NCBI GenBank assembly: GCA_012511885.1
Contig: JAAZFE010000045.1
Location: 1-54,092, forward strand
Direction of reading: 5' to 3'
Length of the DNA: 54,092 nucleotides
From: Lentisphaerota bacterium
GTDB taxonomy: Bacteria > Verrucomicrobiota > Kiritimatiellia > CAIQIC01 > Lenti-01
Below the pieces are notes generated by a model, which ran no database searches, was not told the origin of the DNA, and saw only the letters and a list, made by a program, of their open reading frames with translations. This document shows positions 15,308 through 24,117 of the stretch, in pieces (positions within the stretch are counted from its first letter, which is position 1; every line of letters starts with the position of its first letter). The translations under genes were made by a program, and so were the position numbers.

Positions 15308-16534
15308 ATGTGCGTGGTTGACTCCGCACGCATGGCCCCGGCACATTTTTGGCCCCGACAATATAGGCAGTTTGCCTCCCTGACCCGCCGCATTGTACGA
15401 CGGCTGCGCGGGGTCAATCAGCGCTGCGTCACCCTGCCCCCTCTCGAATCCCCCCCCCAGCGCGGACGAGTGCTGCTTTCCTATATTCTGGATGGCGTTC
15501 TGGTCTCCCGCGAAGAGGATTTACCCCACTCCCATGTCAATTTTTGGGAGACCTGGGCCATGGCGCGGGCCTTCCGCGAAGAAAGCTATACGGTGGATGT
15601 CATCCATTGGACCCGCCGCGCCCCCCTCCCCCGCACCGACTACGACATTTTCGTGGACGTCCGCCGCAATTTCGATCGTCACGCGGCGCAGTTGCCGGCC
15701 ACCTGCCTGAAAATCGCCCACATGGACACCGCCCACTGGCGCGTGCACAACGGCAACCAGTTGCGGCGGCTCGATGATCTGCGCCGGCGTCGGGGCATTG
15801 CCCTGGCCCCCTTCAAGATGGTGGAAGAAAACAACGCCGCCGAAAACGCGGACCTCATCACCGTCCTTGGTAACCAGTTCACCATGGACACCTTTGCCTA
15901 TGCCCAAAAGCCCATCCGGCGCGTCCGGCTGTCTAATGCCTTTGACTATCCCTATCCCGCCGAACGTGACATTGCTACCGCGTGTCGCAACTTCCTGTGG
16001 TTCGGCAGCGAGGGCTTCATCCACAAGGGCCTGGATTTGGTTCTCGAGGCCTTCGCGGGCCTGCCGGCGCACCGCCTGACCGTCTGCGGCCCCATCGAGC
16101 GGGAACCCGCCTTCCGCAAGGCCTTCGCCGACCTGCTGTATCAGACCCCCAACATCCGCACCTTGGGCTGGGTGGATGTCGCTGGCGCGGATTTCCTCGA
16201 TCTGGCCCGGCAGCATATCGCCATGGTCTATCCCTCCTGCTCCGAGGGCGGCGGAGGGTGCGTCATCACGGCCATGCACGCCGGACTCCTTCCCGTCGTC
16301 ACCCGCGAGGCCAGCGTGGATGTCTCGCCGGACTGCGGCGTTCTGCTCCCCGATGCCTCTGTGGAGGCGCTCCGCGCCGCTGTCCTCGAGCTCTCCTCGG
16401 CCCCTCCCGGCCGCCTCGACACCATGGCGCGCGCTGCTTGGACCTGGGCGCGCGAACACCACTCCCGTGAACGCTTTCAACGCGAATACCGCGACCTTGT
16501 CAACTCTCTGGCCGACCAACCAAGGAAAGACTGA
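15308..16534 (+). CDS. Family 1 (GT-B fold) glycosyltransferase
   Basis: C-terminal FLWFGSEGFIHKGLDL...YPSCSEGGGGCVITAMHAGLLPV. Start is at ATG 15308 or 15332. The upstream part of ORF 15194.. is repeat DNA. Confidence 0.8.
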   Translation: MCVVDSARMAPAHFWPRQYRQFASLTRRIVRRLRGVNQRCVTLPPLESPPQRGRVLLSYILDGVLVSREEDLPHSHVNFWETWAMARAFREESYTVDVIHWTRRAPLPRTDYDIFVDVRRNFDRHAAQLPATCLKIAHMDTAHWRVHNGNQLRRLDDLRRRRGIALAPFKMVEENNAAENADLITVLGNQFTMDTFAYAQKPIRRVRLSNAFDYPYPAERDIATACRNFLWFGSEGFIHKGLDLVLEAFAGLPAHRLTVCGPIEREPAFRKAFADLLYQTPNIRTLGWVDVAGADFLDLARQHIAMVYPSCSEGGGGCVITAMHAGLLPVVTREASVDVSPDCGVLLPDASVEALRAAVLELSSAPPGRLDTMARAAWTWAREHHSRERFQREYRDLVNSLADQPRKD

Positions 16535-16537
16535 CTC

Positions 16538-17491
16538 ATGACCTCCACCCCCTCCTCCAACCCGCGCGTCTGGGCCGTTGTCCTGGGTTACAACCACCCC
16601 GAGTTGACGGTGGATTGCCTGCAAAGCCTGGCCAAGGCGACTTATCAGCCTCTGACCGTCCTTTATGTGGACAACGGCAGCGAGTCCGCCAACTGCCAGA
16701 AGGTTATGGATACCGTTTCCGACTGCAGCGTGCTGCGCCTGGACCCGAACGCCGGCGCCGCGGGCGGACTCAATGCCGGCATCCGCTACGCCTTCGAGCA
16801 GGGCGCCGACCATGTCGTCATTCTCAACAACGACACCACGGTGCATCCCACTTTCATCGACCACCTCGTGCAGGCCGCCATCGAGCACCCCAAAGCCGGC
16901 ATGTTCGTCCCCAAAATCTATTATTACGACCACCCCGACACCATCTGGTCCGCCGGCTCCGTATTCCGCCGCTTCCCTCCCGTGGTCTATATGCGCAAAA
17001 CCCGGCGCCCCGACGATGGCCGCTTCGACGAACCACAAGACCTGAATTACGCCACCTTCTGCATCATCATGTTCAGCCGCGCCATGATCGAGCAGGTCGG
17101 CCTGCTCGATACCGACTACCATTTTCTCTACGAAGACTACGACCTGTGCATCCGCTCGCGCGAGGCGGGCTTCGGCATCCGCTACGTGCCCGCCGCCCGG
17201 GTCTGGCACAAGGTATCCATGACCACCGGTGCGGGCACCCCCAACCCCAAATTCTGGCGAACCTACGGGCGCAGCGAATCCATCTTCCGCCGTAAATTTC
17301 GCCGCTACCGCTGGCTGACCGGCTGGACCCACGCCATCTATATCGTGGCGCGCTTCGTGGCCGAGGGCAACTGGTACGGCTTCAAACCCTACATTCAGGG
17401 CTGGCGGCAGGGCGCGCGCGATCCGCTCCACCCCCCGCCCCGCGTGCAGGATCCGCCGCCGGCGCCGCGGCAAATTCTCCGAAATCCTTGA
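16538..17491 (+). CDS. Family 2 glycosyltransferase (rhamnosyl/galactosyl-transferase-like)
   Basis: VWAVVLGYNHPELTVDCLQSL...YVDNGS...ILNNDT...YEDYDLC motifs. Confidence 0.9.
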   Translation: MTSTPSSNPRVWAVVLGYNHPELTVDCLQSLAKATYQPLTVLYVDNGSESANCQKVMDTVSDCSVLRLDPNAGAAGGLNAGIRYAFEQGADHVVILNNDTTVHPTFIDHLVQAAIEHPKAGMFVPKIYYYDHPDTIWSAGSVFRRFPPVVYMRKTRRPDDGRFDEPQDLNYATFCIIMFSRAMIEQVGLLDTDYHFLYEDYDLCIRSREAGFGIRYVPAARVWHKVSMTTGAGTPNPKFWRTYGRSESIFRRKFRRYRWLTGWTHAIYIVARFVAEGNWYGFKPYIQGWRQGARDPLHPPPRVQDPPPAPRQILRNP

Positions 17492-17560
17492 ACCGCAACT
17501 CCGTCACCGCAGATTGGATGCTTGACCCGCGGCCCCCGGCCAGATAGAAATCGGAAACTT

Positions 17561-18154
17561 ATGACCACTCTACGCGCTTCCTTCCTCCGTTTGACCATGG
17601 GCTTGATGGGCTTTTTGATCATGATGGCCGCGGCCGGATGCGAATACGATGCATTCTCCACCTCCGAGAATTACGACGAGGCCATCGATCTCGCCGCCCT
17701 GAATCCCGAGGAACCCAAGCCCGAGCCGGAGCGCAAACCGCAAACAGCCGCGCCCCAACCGAAACCACCCGAGTCCGCGACCCCTTCCAAACCGAAGCCA
17801 AATCCCGGGCTGGTCAAAGGGCCGGAATATAACGCACCCGCAGGCTACATCGAGGTGCCGAGCCTCTTTATCGAGGTGGGCATTCACAGCCTGCGGCTCG
17901 GCAAATGCTCCACGGACAATGGGCAACTCAAACAATTTCCCAACAACCCCTACCGCTTTTCCATTCCCAAACCCGACCATCCAGCATGGGATTGGCTCAG
18001 GAACGCCAGCTACAACGACTTTGGAGGCAAATGCCTTTTGGATGACGGCACCTGGTACGCAGTTTATGTGAGAGATTGGCGCGAGAAATACTCCATGCCC
18101 GTGGCGACGCGCGGGCCAGCGTATTATTATTTTGAACCAACCAAGTGGAAATAA
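17561..18154 (+). CDS. Putative lipoprotein with Pro/Lys-rich linker, unknown function
   Basis: MTTLRASFLRLTMGLMGFLIMMAAAGC lipobox-like signal, then a PEEPKPEPERKPQTAAPQPKPPESATPSKPKPNPG linker and a ~110-aa globular C-terminus. Confidence 0.6.
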   Translation: MTTLRASFLRLTMGLMGFLIMMAAAGCEYDAFSTSENYDEAIDLAALNPEEPKPEPERKPQTAAPQPKPPESATPSKPKPNPGLVKGPEYNAPAGYIEVPSLFIEVGIHSLRLGKCSTDNGQLKQFPNNPYRFSIPKPDHPAWDWLRNASYNDFGGKCLLDDGTWYAVYVRDWREKYSMPVATRGPAYYYFEPTKWK

Positions 18155-18402
18155 TAGACGTGCCAAGACATCCAAAAAGCGATAGCTTCGACAACAAGGT
18201 CCGATTTGTTTGCGGAGCACATTGCAATCTTGACGTCAGAAAACATATGGGAAGCCACCCGATGCCGATGGACACCCGGGAGCCGGTACACCGGTGCCCG
18301 GAACATGTGCACGCGAACCAGTCCAACTGACTGGCGACGCTCGGAACATATCCCGCTCCAGCCGACATCTGGATGGACTTGGCGCAGACAGGAGTGCGAA
18401 GA

Positions 18403-19179
18403 ATGAAGGCAGTCATTTTGGCAGGCGGCTACGGAACTCGCTTGAGCGAAGAAACTGTCCTGAAGCCCAAGCCCATGGTCGAGATCGGCGGCATGCCCAT
18501 CCTCTGGCACATCATGAAAATTTATTCCGCCTTCGGCATCAACGACTTCATCATCTGCTGCGGCTACAAGGGCTACGTCATCAAGGAATATTTCGCCAAC
18601 TACTTCCTGCATCATTCCGATGTCACCTTTGACCTCAAGAACAACCAAACGGTTGTTCACCAGCACAGTTCGGAGCCCTGGAAAGTCACCCTGGTGGACA
18701 CCGGCGAGGGTAGCGGCACCGGCGGCCGCCTCAAGCGCGTCGGCCCCTACCTCGGCGGCGAAGCCTTCTGCTTCACCTATGGCGACGGCCTCAGCGACAT
18801 CAACATCACCGACCTGGTCGCCTTCCACCGCAAGAACCGGGTTCTGGCCACCATGACCGCCGTCAAGCCCCCCGCGCGCTACGGCACGTTCAGCTTCGAG
18901 GAAGGCCGCGACACCATCGCCAACTTCCGCGAAAAAGCTCCGGACGAAACCTCGTGGATCAACGGTGGCTTCTTCGTGCTCGAACCCAACGTACTGGACT
19001 TCATCCCCGATGACGCCACGTTCTGGGAGGCCGCCCCCATGCAGCATTTGGCCCGCGACGGCCAGCTCGCCGCCTACCGCCACACCGGCTTCTGGCAGTG
19101 CATGGACCACCTGAAAGACAAAATCGAACTGGAACAAATGTGGAACACAGAGCGCGCGCCCTGGAAAATATGGGACTAA
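18403..19179 (+). CDS. rfbF: Glucose-1-phosphate cytidylyltransferase
   Basis: [36 protein letters not shown] is highly characteristic. GGAG lies 8 nt upstream of ATG 18403. Confidence 0.93.
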   Translation: MKAVILAGGYGTRLSEETVLKPKPMVEIGGMPILWHIMKIYSAFGINDFIICCGYKGYVIKEYFANYFLHHSDVTFDLKNNQTVVHQHSSEPWKVTLVDTGEGSGTGGRLKRVGPYLGGEAFCFTYGDGLSDINITDLVAFHRKNRVLATMTAVKPPARYGTFSFEEGRDTIANFREKAPDETSWINGGFFVLEPNVLDFIPDDATFWEAAPMQHLARDGQLAAYRHTGFWQCMDHLKDKIELEQMWNTERAPWKIWD

Positions 19180-19183
19180 GGCC

Positions 19184-20413
19184 ATGCCCGTTTGCCGATT
19201 CTGCGGAACCAGCCTGACGCGGGCCTTCGTGGACTTGGGCGTCTCGCCCATCGCCAACGATTATCTCGCGCCCGACGCCCTCGACCGCATGGAGCCTTTC
19301 TATCCGTTGCACGCCCGCGTGTGCGAAAAATGCCTCCTGGTCCAGCTCCCGCCCGTTCAGGCGCCCGACCGCCTCTTCACCGACGAATACGCCTATTTTT
19401 CATCCTTCTCCGACTCCTGGCTCGATCACGCGCGGCGCTACACCGGGGCCATAATGGAGCGCTTCGGCCTCGGCCCGGACCACCGGGTGGTGGAAATCGC
19501 CAGCAACGACGGCTATCTTCTCCAATACTTCCACGCCGCCGGCATTCCCGTCCTGGGCATCGAACCCGCCCGCAACTGCGCCGAAGCCGCCATCGCCAAG
19601 GGCATCCCCACCGAAATCCTCTTCTTCGGCGCTGAAACCGCTCGCGCCCTGGCCCCCGACCACTCCGCCGATCTGATGGCGGCCAACAACGTGCTGGCCC
19701 ACGTGCCCGACATCAACGACTTCGTCGAAGGCTTCCGCATCCTGCTCAAGCCAACTGGCGTGGCCACCTTCGAATTCCCCCACCTGCTCAACCTGATTCA
19801 GCGCGGCGAGTTCGACACCATCTATCACGAGCACTACTCCTACCTCTCGCTGCATGCGACCCGCCAGATTTTCGCCGCGCACGGCTTGACCATCTTCGAT
19901 GTCGAAGAGCTGCCCAGCCATGGCGGTTCCCTCCGCCTCTATGTGCGCCATGCGGCAAACGACCGGCTGCCCGTAGAACCTGGCGTCGCCGCGGTGCAGG
20001 CCAAAGAGGAAGCCGCCGGCCTCACCGGCCTCGCCGGCTACGCCGGCTTCGAGCCCCGCGTGCAAAAAATCAAACGCGACCTGCTCAAGTTCCTGATCGC
20101 CGCCAGGGAAGAGGGCAAAACCGTTGCCGGCTACGGCGCCCCGGCCAAAGGCAACACCCTGCTCAACTATTGCGGTGTCCGCACCGACCTGCTCGCGTTC
20201 ACCGTGGACCGCAGCCCCCACAAGCAGGGCAAATATTTGCCCGGCACCCGCATCCCCATCTTCGCTCCGGAACACATCTTCGAGCGCCGCCCCGACTATG
20301 TCCTCATCCTGCCGTGGAACCTGCAAACGGAAATCATGGAGCAAATGAAGAACATCCGCTCCTGGGGCGGACAATTCGTGGTGCCCATTCCCGAGCTGCG
20401 CGTGCTGCCGTGA
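19184..20413 (+). CDS. NDP-hexose C-methyltransferase-type SAM-dependent methyltransferase (Zn-ribbon N-terminus)
   Basis: CRFCGTSL...CEKCLLVQL zinc-ribbon, VVEIASNDG SAM motif, and a C-terminal domain as in sugar C3-methyltransferases (TylCIII-like). Confidence 0.85.
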   Translation: MPVCRFCGTSLTRAFVDLGVSPIANDYLAPDALDRMEPFYPLHARVCEKCLLVQLPPVQAPDRLFTDEYAYFSSFSDSWLDHARRYTGAIMERFGLGPDHRVVEIASNDGYLLQYFHAAGIPVLGIEPARNCAEAAIAKGIPTEILFFGAETARALAPDHSADLMAANNVLAHVPDINDFVEGFRILLKPTGVATFEFPHLLNLIQRGEFDTIYHEHYSYLSLHATRQIFAAHGLTIFDVEELPSHGGSLRLYVRHAANDRLPVEPGVAAVQAKEEAAGLTGLAGYAGFEPRVQKIKRDLLKFLIAAREEGKTVAGYGAPAKGNTLLNYCGVRTDLLAFTVDRSPHKQGKYLPGTRIPIFAPEHIFERRPDYVLILPWNLQTEIMEQMKNIRSWGGQFVVPIPELRVLP

Positions 20414-20949
20414 ACCTGATCCCCCTCAAGATTCCCGGCGCGTACCGCATCGAATTGGAGCCGCTCGAAGATGAACGCGGCCTCTTCGCCCGTACATTCT
20501 GCCTGGAAACCCTGCGCCGGCACGGCATCGAGTTTCCTGTGATCCAATGCAGCCTCTCCACGAACCGCGCCACCCACACCCTGCGCGGCATGCATGTCCA
20601 GATCTCCCCGTGCCCCGAGAAAAAAATCGTGCGCTGCACCGCTGGCCGCGTCTGGGACTGCATCCTCGACCTGCGGCCCGGCTCCCCCGCCTTCAAACAG
20701 TGGATCGGCGTCGAGCTCTCCGCCGCCAACCGGACCGCCCTGCTTATCCCCGAACAGTGCGCTCACGGGTTTCTTACCCTCGAACCCGATAGCGAAGTCT
20801 TTTATATGATGTCCGACCCCTTCGCCCCGGAATATGCCCGCGGTGTGCGCTGGAATGATCCCGCCTTTGCCATTGACTGGCCCGACCTCCCGCGCGTCCT
20901 TTCCGAAAAGGATCAACAATGGCCCGATTTTACGGGAGAGCTGCTGTGA
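20410..20949 (+). CDS. dTDP-4-dehydrorhamnose 3,5-epimerase-family (cupin) sugar epimerase
   Basis: IPGAYRIELEPLEDERGLFARTF...LRGMHVQ...KIVRCTAGRVWDCILDLR...HGF. The GTG start at 20410 overlaps the upstream TGA (GTGA). Confidence 0.85.
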   Translation: MNLIPLKIPGAYRIELEPLEDERGLFARTFCLETLRRHGIEFPVIQCSLSTNRATHTLRGMHVQISPCPEKKIVRCTAGRVWDCILDLRPGSPAFKQWIGVELSAANRTALLIPEQCAHGFLTLEPDSEVFYMMSDPFAPEYARGVRWNDPAFAIDWPDLPRVLSEKDQQWPDFTGELL

Positions 20950-22271
20950 CCCGCTCCACCCTGCGCGACCTGCTCAATGCTTTCGCCGCCCCCCGTCAGG
21001 GCGCCCGGATGATGAACCTCATCCGCGACCTCTATCCCATCTGCCGCAGCATCACCGGCGACGGCAACCGCCAGACCATCACCCGGCTCTGCATGGAACT
21101 CGATTTGCAAATCCATGAAGTCCCCAGCGGCACCCCCGTCCTCGACTGGAGCGTTCCCGACGAGTGGAACATCCGCGATGCTTGGATCAAAGACCCCCAG
21201 GGCCGCAAAATTGTTGATTTCCAGAAGCACAACCTGCATGTCCTCGGCTACAGCCAGCCGGTTCACTACACGCTGCCCCTCGAAGAACTCGAGCCGCACC
21301 TGCACAGCCTGCCCGAACACCCCGATTGGATTCCCTACCGCACCTCCTATTACAACCCCGCCTGGGGGTTCTGCCTGCCTGACACCCAGCGCCGCGCCCT
21401 CCCCCCCGGCAACTACGAAGTCATGATTGATGCCGACCTCGCGCCCGGCCATCTGACCTATGCCGAGCTGGTCCTGCCCGGCGCCATTCCCGAGGAATGC
21501 CTGATCTCCGTCCACATCTGCCACCCTTCGCTGGCCAACGACAACCTGGCCGGGATCGCCGTGGCCGCCGCCCTTGCCTCCCTCCTGGGCAAGGCCAAGC
21601 TGCGCCACACGTTCCGTTTCGTATTCATCCCCGGCACCATTGGCTCCATTACCTGGCTCGCCCGCAACCGGGAACGTGTGGATCGCATTCGCCATGGGCT
21701 GGTCCTCTCCTGCATGGGCGACTCGGGCGCGCTCACCTACAAAAAGAGCCGCCAGGACCGGGCCCCCATTGATCAGGCCGTCACCCATGTCCTGCAACAC
21801 AGCGGCGCCGCCCATCATATCCAGGATTTCTCGCCCTACGGCTACGACGAACGCCAATACGGCTCGCCCGGCTTCAACCTGCCCGTCGGCCTGCTGACCC
21901 GCTCCCCCCATGGCACCTACTCCGAATATCATACCTCCGCCGACGACCTCGATCTGGTGCGCCCCGAGGCCCTCGCCGACTCCCTGCGCCGCCTCCTCGA
22001 AATCGTCGAAGTCGTCGAAGGCAACGCCACGTTCGTCAATCAATTTCCCTACGGCGAGCCCCAACTTGGCCGCCGCGGGCTTTACGACGGCCTCGGCGGC
22101 GCCAGCGACCGCAACGAACAGCAACTCGCCATGCTCTGGGTGCTCAATCAATCCGATGGCCACCACTCCCTGTTGGACATCGCCGATCGTGCCGGCATGC
22201 CCTTCCACCGGATTGCCTGGGCCGCGCAAAAACTGGCAAATTCTCACGTGATTAAACCTCTGGAGGAGTAA
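20946..22271 (+). CDS. DUF4910/aminopeptidase-like domain protein (M28-like fold with C-terminal winged-helix), common in polysaccharide loci
   Basis: LYPICRSITGDGNRQT...EVPSGTPVLDWSVPDEWNI...HICHPSLANDNLAG. The GTG at 20946 overlaps the upstream TGA. An alternative ATG lies at 21009. Confidence 0.8.
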   Translation: MTRSTLRDLLNAFAAPRQGARMMNLIRDLYPICRSITGDGNRQTITRLCMELDLQIHEVPSGTPVLDWSVPDEWNIRDAWIKDPQGRKIVDFQKHNLHVLGYSQPVHYTLPLEELEPHLHSLPEHPDWIPYRTSYYNPAWGFCLPDTQRRALPPGNYEVMIDADLAPGHLTYAELVLPGAIPEECLISVHICHPSLANDNLAGIAVAAALASLLGKAKLRHTFRFVFIPGTIGSITWLARNRERVDRIRHGLVLSCMGDSGALTYKKSRQDRAPIDQAVTHVLQHSGAAHHIQDFSPYGYDERQYGSPGFNLPVGLLTRSPHGTYSEYHTSADDLDLVRPEALADSLRRLLEIVEVVEGNATFVNQFPYGEPQLGRRGLYDGLGGASDRNEQQLAMLWVLNQSDGHHSLLDIADRAGMPFHRIAWAAQKLANSHVIKPLEE

Positions 22272-22274
22272 TCC

Positions 22275-23027
22275 ATGAAACCACCCACCACCCGGCTCCT
22301 TTTGTGCGTCATCGCGCTGATCGCGGCCACGGGCGCCAACACCCGGGCCGAACGGCGGGAATACTCGCTCTTCGGCTACGAACCCGCTTTCGAAATCAAC
22401 GACCGCCTCGAAATTGGCGCCCGTATCTACCGATTTTCCATCCGAGACGATCGGCGGACCGGCCCCAACGGCCCGAGGAACTCCAATCCCCGTGTCAACT
22501 ACATTGGCAGTTTGTGGGGGCTCGACGAGATCCAGGACTATATTCCTCGCCTCTATGTACAGTATGCCTTCACCCCCTACTTTGGTGCCGGGGTCTCCTA
22601 CGACCGGCTCGCCGCCAAAACCCTGGACACCCCAGTAAAAGAGAAAAACTGGAAACCGGGCGATGGGGATATCCAGATCCGCGGGCCAATGCTCTATTTA
22701 TTTGCCCGTTATCCCAACATGACCCGGTTCACCCCGTTCGGCGAGCTGGGCTGGATCTACTACTACGCCGACTTCAAAGTGATGGACGAGTGGGCCTCGC
22801 TCGGCCCCTATCACCGGTTTTCCGTGGACAACACCCACGCCTATTTCCTGGGCCTGGGTCTCAACACCGCCCTGACCGACCGCTGGCACGTGAACGCCTA
22901 CTGGCGGCGCACCTTTGAGGCCGACGTGGATGTCCGGGTCTATTTTCGAAAAGAACGTCTCAGCCGCAAAGGAACTTTCCCCATGGATTCCGATGTGTTC
23001 GGCCTGGGCGTATCCTATCTGTTCTAG
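22275..23027 (+). CDS. Outer-membrane beta-barrel protein (small, about 8-10 strands)
   Basis: Signal peptide MKPPTTRLLLCVIALIAATGA, alternating aromatic/hydrophobic strands, and a C-terminal GLGVSYLF beta-signal. GGAGG lies 8 nt upstream. Confidence 0.75.
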   Translation: MKPPTTRLLLCVIALIAATGANTRAERREYSLFGYEPAFEINDRLEIGARIYRFSIRDDRRTGPNGPRNSNPRVNYIGSLWGLDEIQDYIPRLYVQYAFTPYFGAGVSYDRLAAKTLDTPVKEKNWKPGDGDIQIRGPMLYLFARYPNMTRFTPFGELGWIYYYADFKVMDEWASLGPYHRFSVDNTHAYFLGLGLNTALTDRWHVNAYWRRTFEADVDVRVYFRKERLSRKGTFPMDSDVFGLGVSYLF

Positions 23028-23245
23028 CCTGAATTATGCACGCGACAAGTCCAGTTCAGATGCGAGGCGGGCGGGGCGAAGCTGTATTGGCATACAGCGA
23101 ACCCCGCCGAACAAAGCAGATGGACTGGAATCGTCGCGCCCTTGGTCAATATGGATGAAAAATGATTTTTTTATGTTTATTTCCGCATCATGTTGCCCTG
23201 CAACAAATAACAATGTTTTCATCCATGTTGATGAATAATTCAGGC
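23027..23245 (+). mobile_element. MITE-like element, copy 2 (219 bp)
   Basis: TA(23025-23026)-GCCTGAATTAT...ATAATTCAGGC-TA(23246-23247). The first base completes the TAG stop of the upstream gene. Confidence 0.88.
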
Positions 23246-23268
23246 TAGATGAATCGAGGATAGCTCTC

Positions 23269-23892
23269 ATGTGGTTGCTGCGATGGATGGGCGCCGGAAT
23301 GGCCTGGGGACAAAAGGCCCGCAATCTGTGCGTGCAGCATTATGTAGCCGCCCGCCTCGGCCAAAAAGGACGCGGCCTCTCCATCGGCGAAGGCGTCAAA
23401 CTCCTCGGCCCCCGCCATATTCGCGTCGGCAACGATGTGACCATGGCTCCCTTCGTCATCTTGCGTGCCATGACCGCCTACCCCTGGACGCAACCGCCCC
23501 AAACCTTCTCCCCGGAAATCGTCATCGGGGACAACTGCTTCATCAACCGCTTTTCAGAAATCTCCTGCGTCCGACGGGTGGTGATCGGCGCGAACACCAT
23601 GATCGCCCAAAACTGCCTGATCGCCGACCACAACCACGGCTATGAGGACCCTCAATTAAGCGTCCGCGCCCAACCCCTGACTGCTGAGGGCGAAGTGCAC
23701 ATCGGCGCGGACTCGTGGATCGGCGCCAACTGCACCATTGCCGGCAATGTCCGCGTTGGCAGGCACTGCGTCATCGCCGCCCACTCTGTGGTCATCCATG
23801 ACATCCCAGACTATTCCGTGGCCGCCGGCTCGCCCGCCAAAATCATTCGGCAATACGATCCGGCCGACGGCGTCTGGCGGAAAATGGTGTAG
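23269..23892 (+). CDS. Left-handed beta-helix (hexapeptide repeat) sugar O-acetyltransferase
   Basis: Repeated [LIV]G hexapeptides: IGANTMIAQNCLIADHNHG...IGADSWIGANCTIAGNVRVGRHCVIAAHSVV. Confidence 0.88.
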   Translation: MWLLRWMGAGMAWGQKARNLCVQHYVAARLGQKGRGLSIGEGVKLLGPRHIRVGNDVTMAPFVILRAMTAYPWTQPPQTFSPEIVIGDNCFINRFSEISCVRRVVIGANTMIAQNCLIADHNHGYEDPQLSVRAQPLTAEGEVHIGADSWIGANCTIAGNVRVGRHCVIAAHSVVIHDIPDYSVAAGSPAKIIRQYDPADGVWRKMV

Positions 23893-24110
23893 CCTGGATT
23901 ATGCACGCGACAAGTCTAGTTCAGATGCGAGGCGGGCGGGGTGAAGCTGGTTTGGCAACCAGCGAACTCCGCAGAACAAAGCAGATGGACTGGAATCGTC
24001 GCGCCTTGGGTCAACATGGATGAAAAATGAATCTTTTGCACTCATTTCCGCATCAAGATGCCCTGCAGCAAATAACATTATTTTCATCCATGTTGATGAA
24101 TAACCCAGGC
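23892..24110 (+). mobile_element. MITE-like element, copy 3 (219 bp)
   Basis: TA(23890-23891)-GCCTGGATTAT...ATAACCCAGGC-TA(24111-24112). The next gene's ATG follows 7 nt after the element end. Confidence 0.88.
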
Positions 24111-24117
24111 TAGCTCC

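Noticed and set aside
14835-15344. Several overlapping small ORFs (14835..15344 -, 14909..15166 -, 14938..15186 +, 14961..15197 +) with periodic peptides such as FHGVEN, FPWRGK and MAWK
   Set aside because: They are translations of the palindromic TTCCACG-N-CGTGGAA repeats and A-tract block in all frames. Both strands give similar peptides because the DNA is palindromic, so they are treated as non-coding regulatory or repeat DNA.
18145-18330. 61-aa Cys/His-containing ORF in the A/T-richer spacer upstream of rfbF
   Set aside because: It has no Shine-Dalgarno sequence and overlaps the end of the lipoprotein gene. Its composition is unremarkable and nothing supports conservation. The region is more likely the rfbF promoter and leader.
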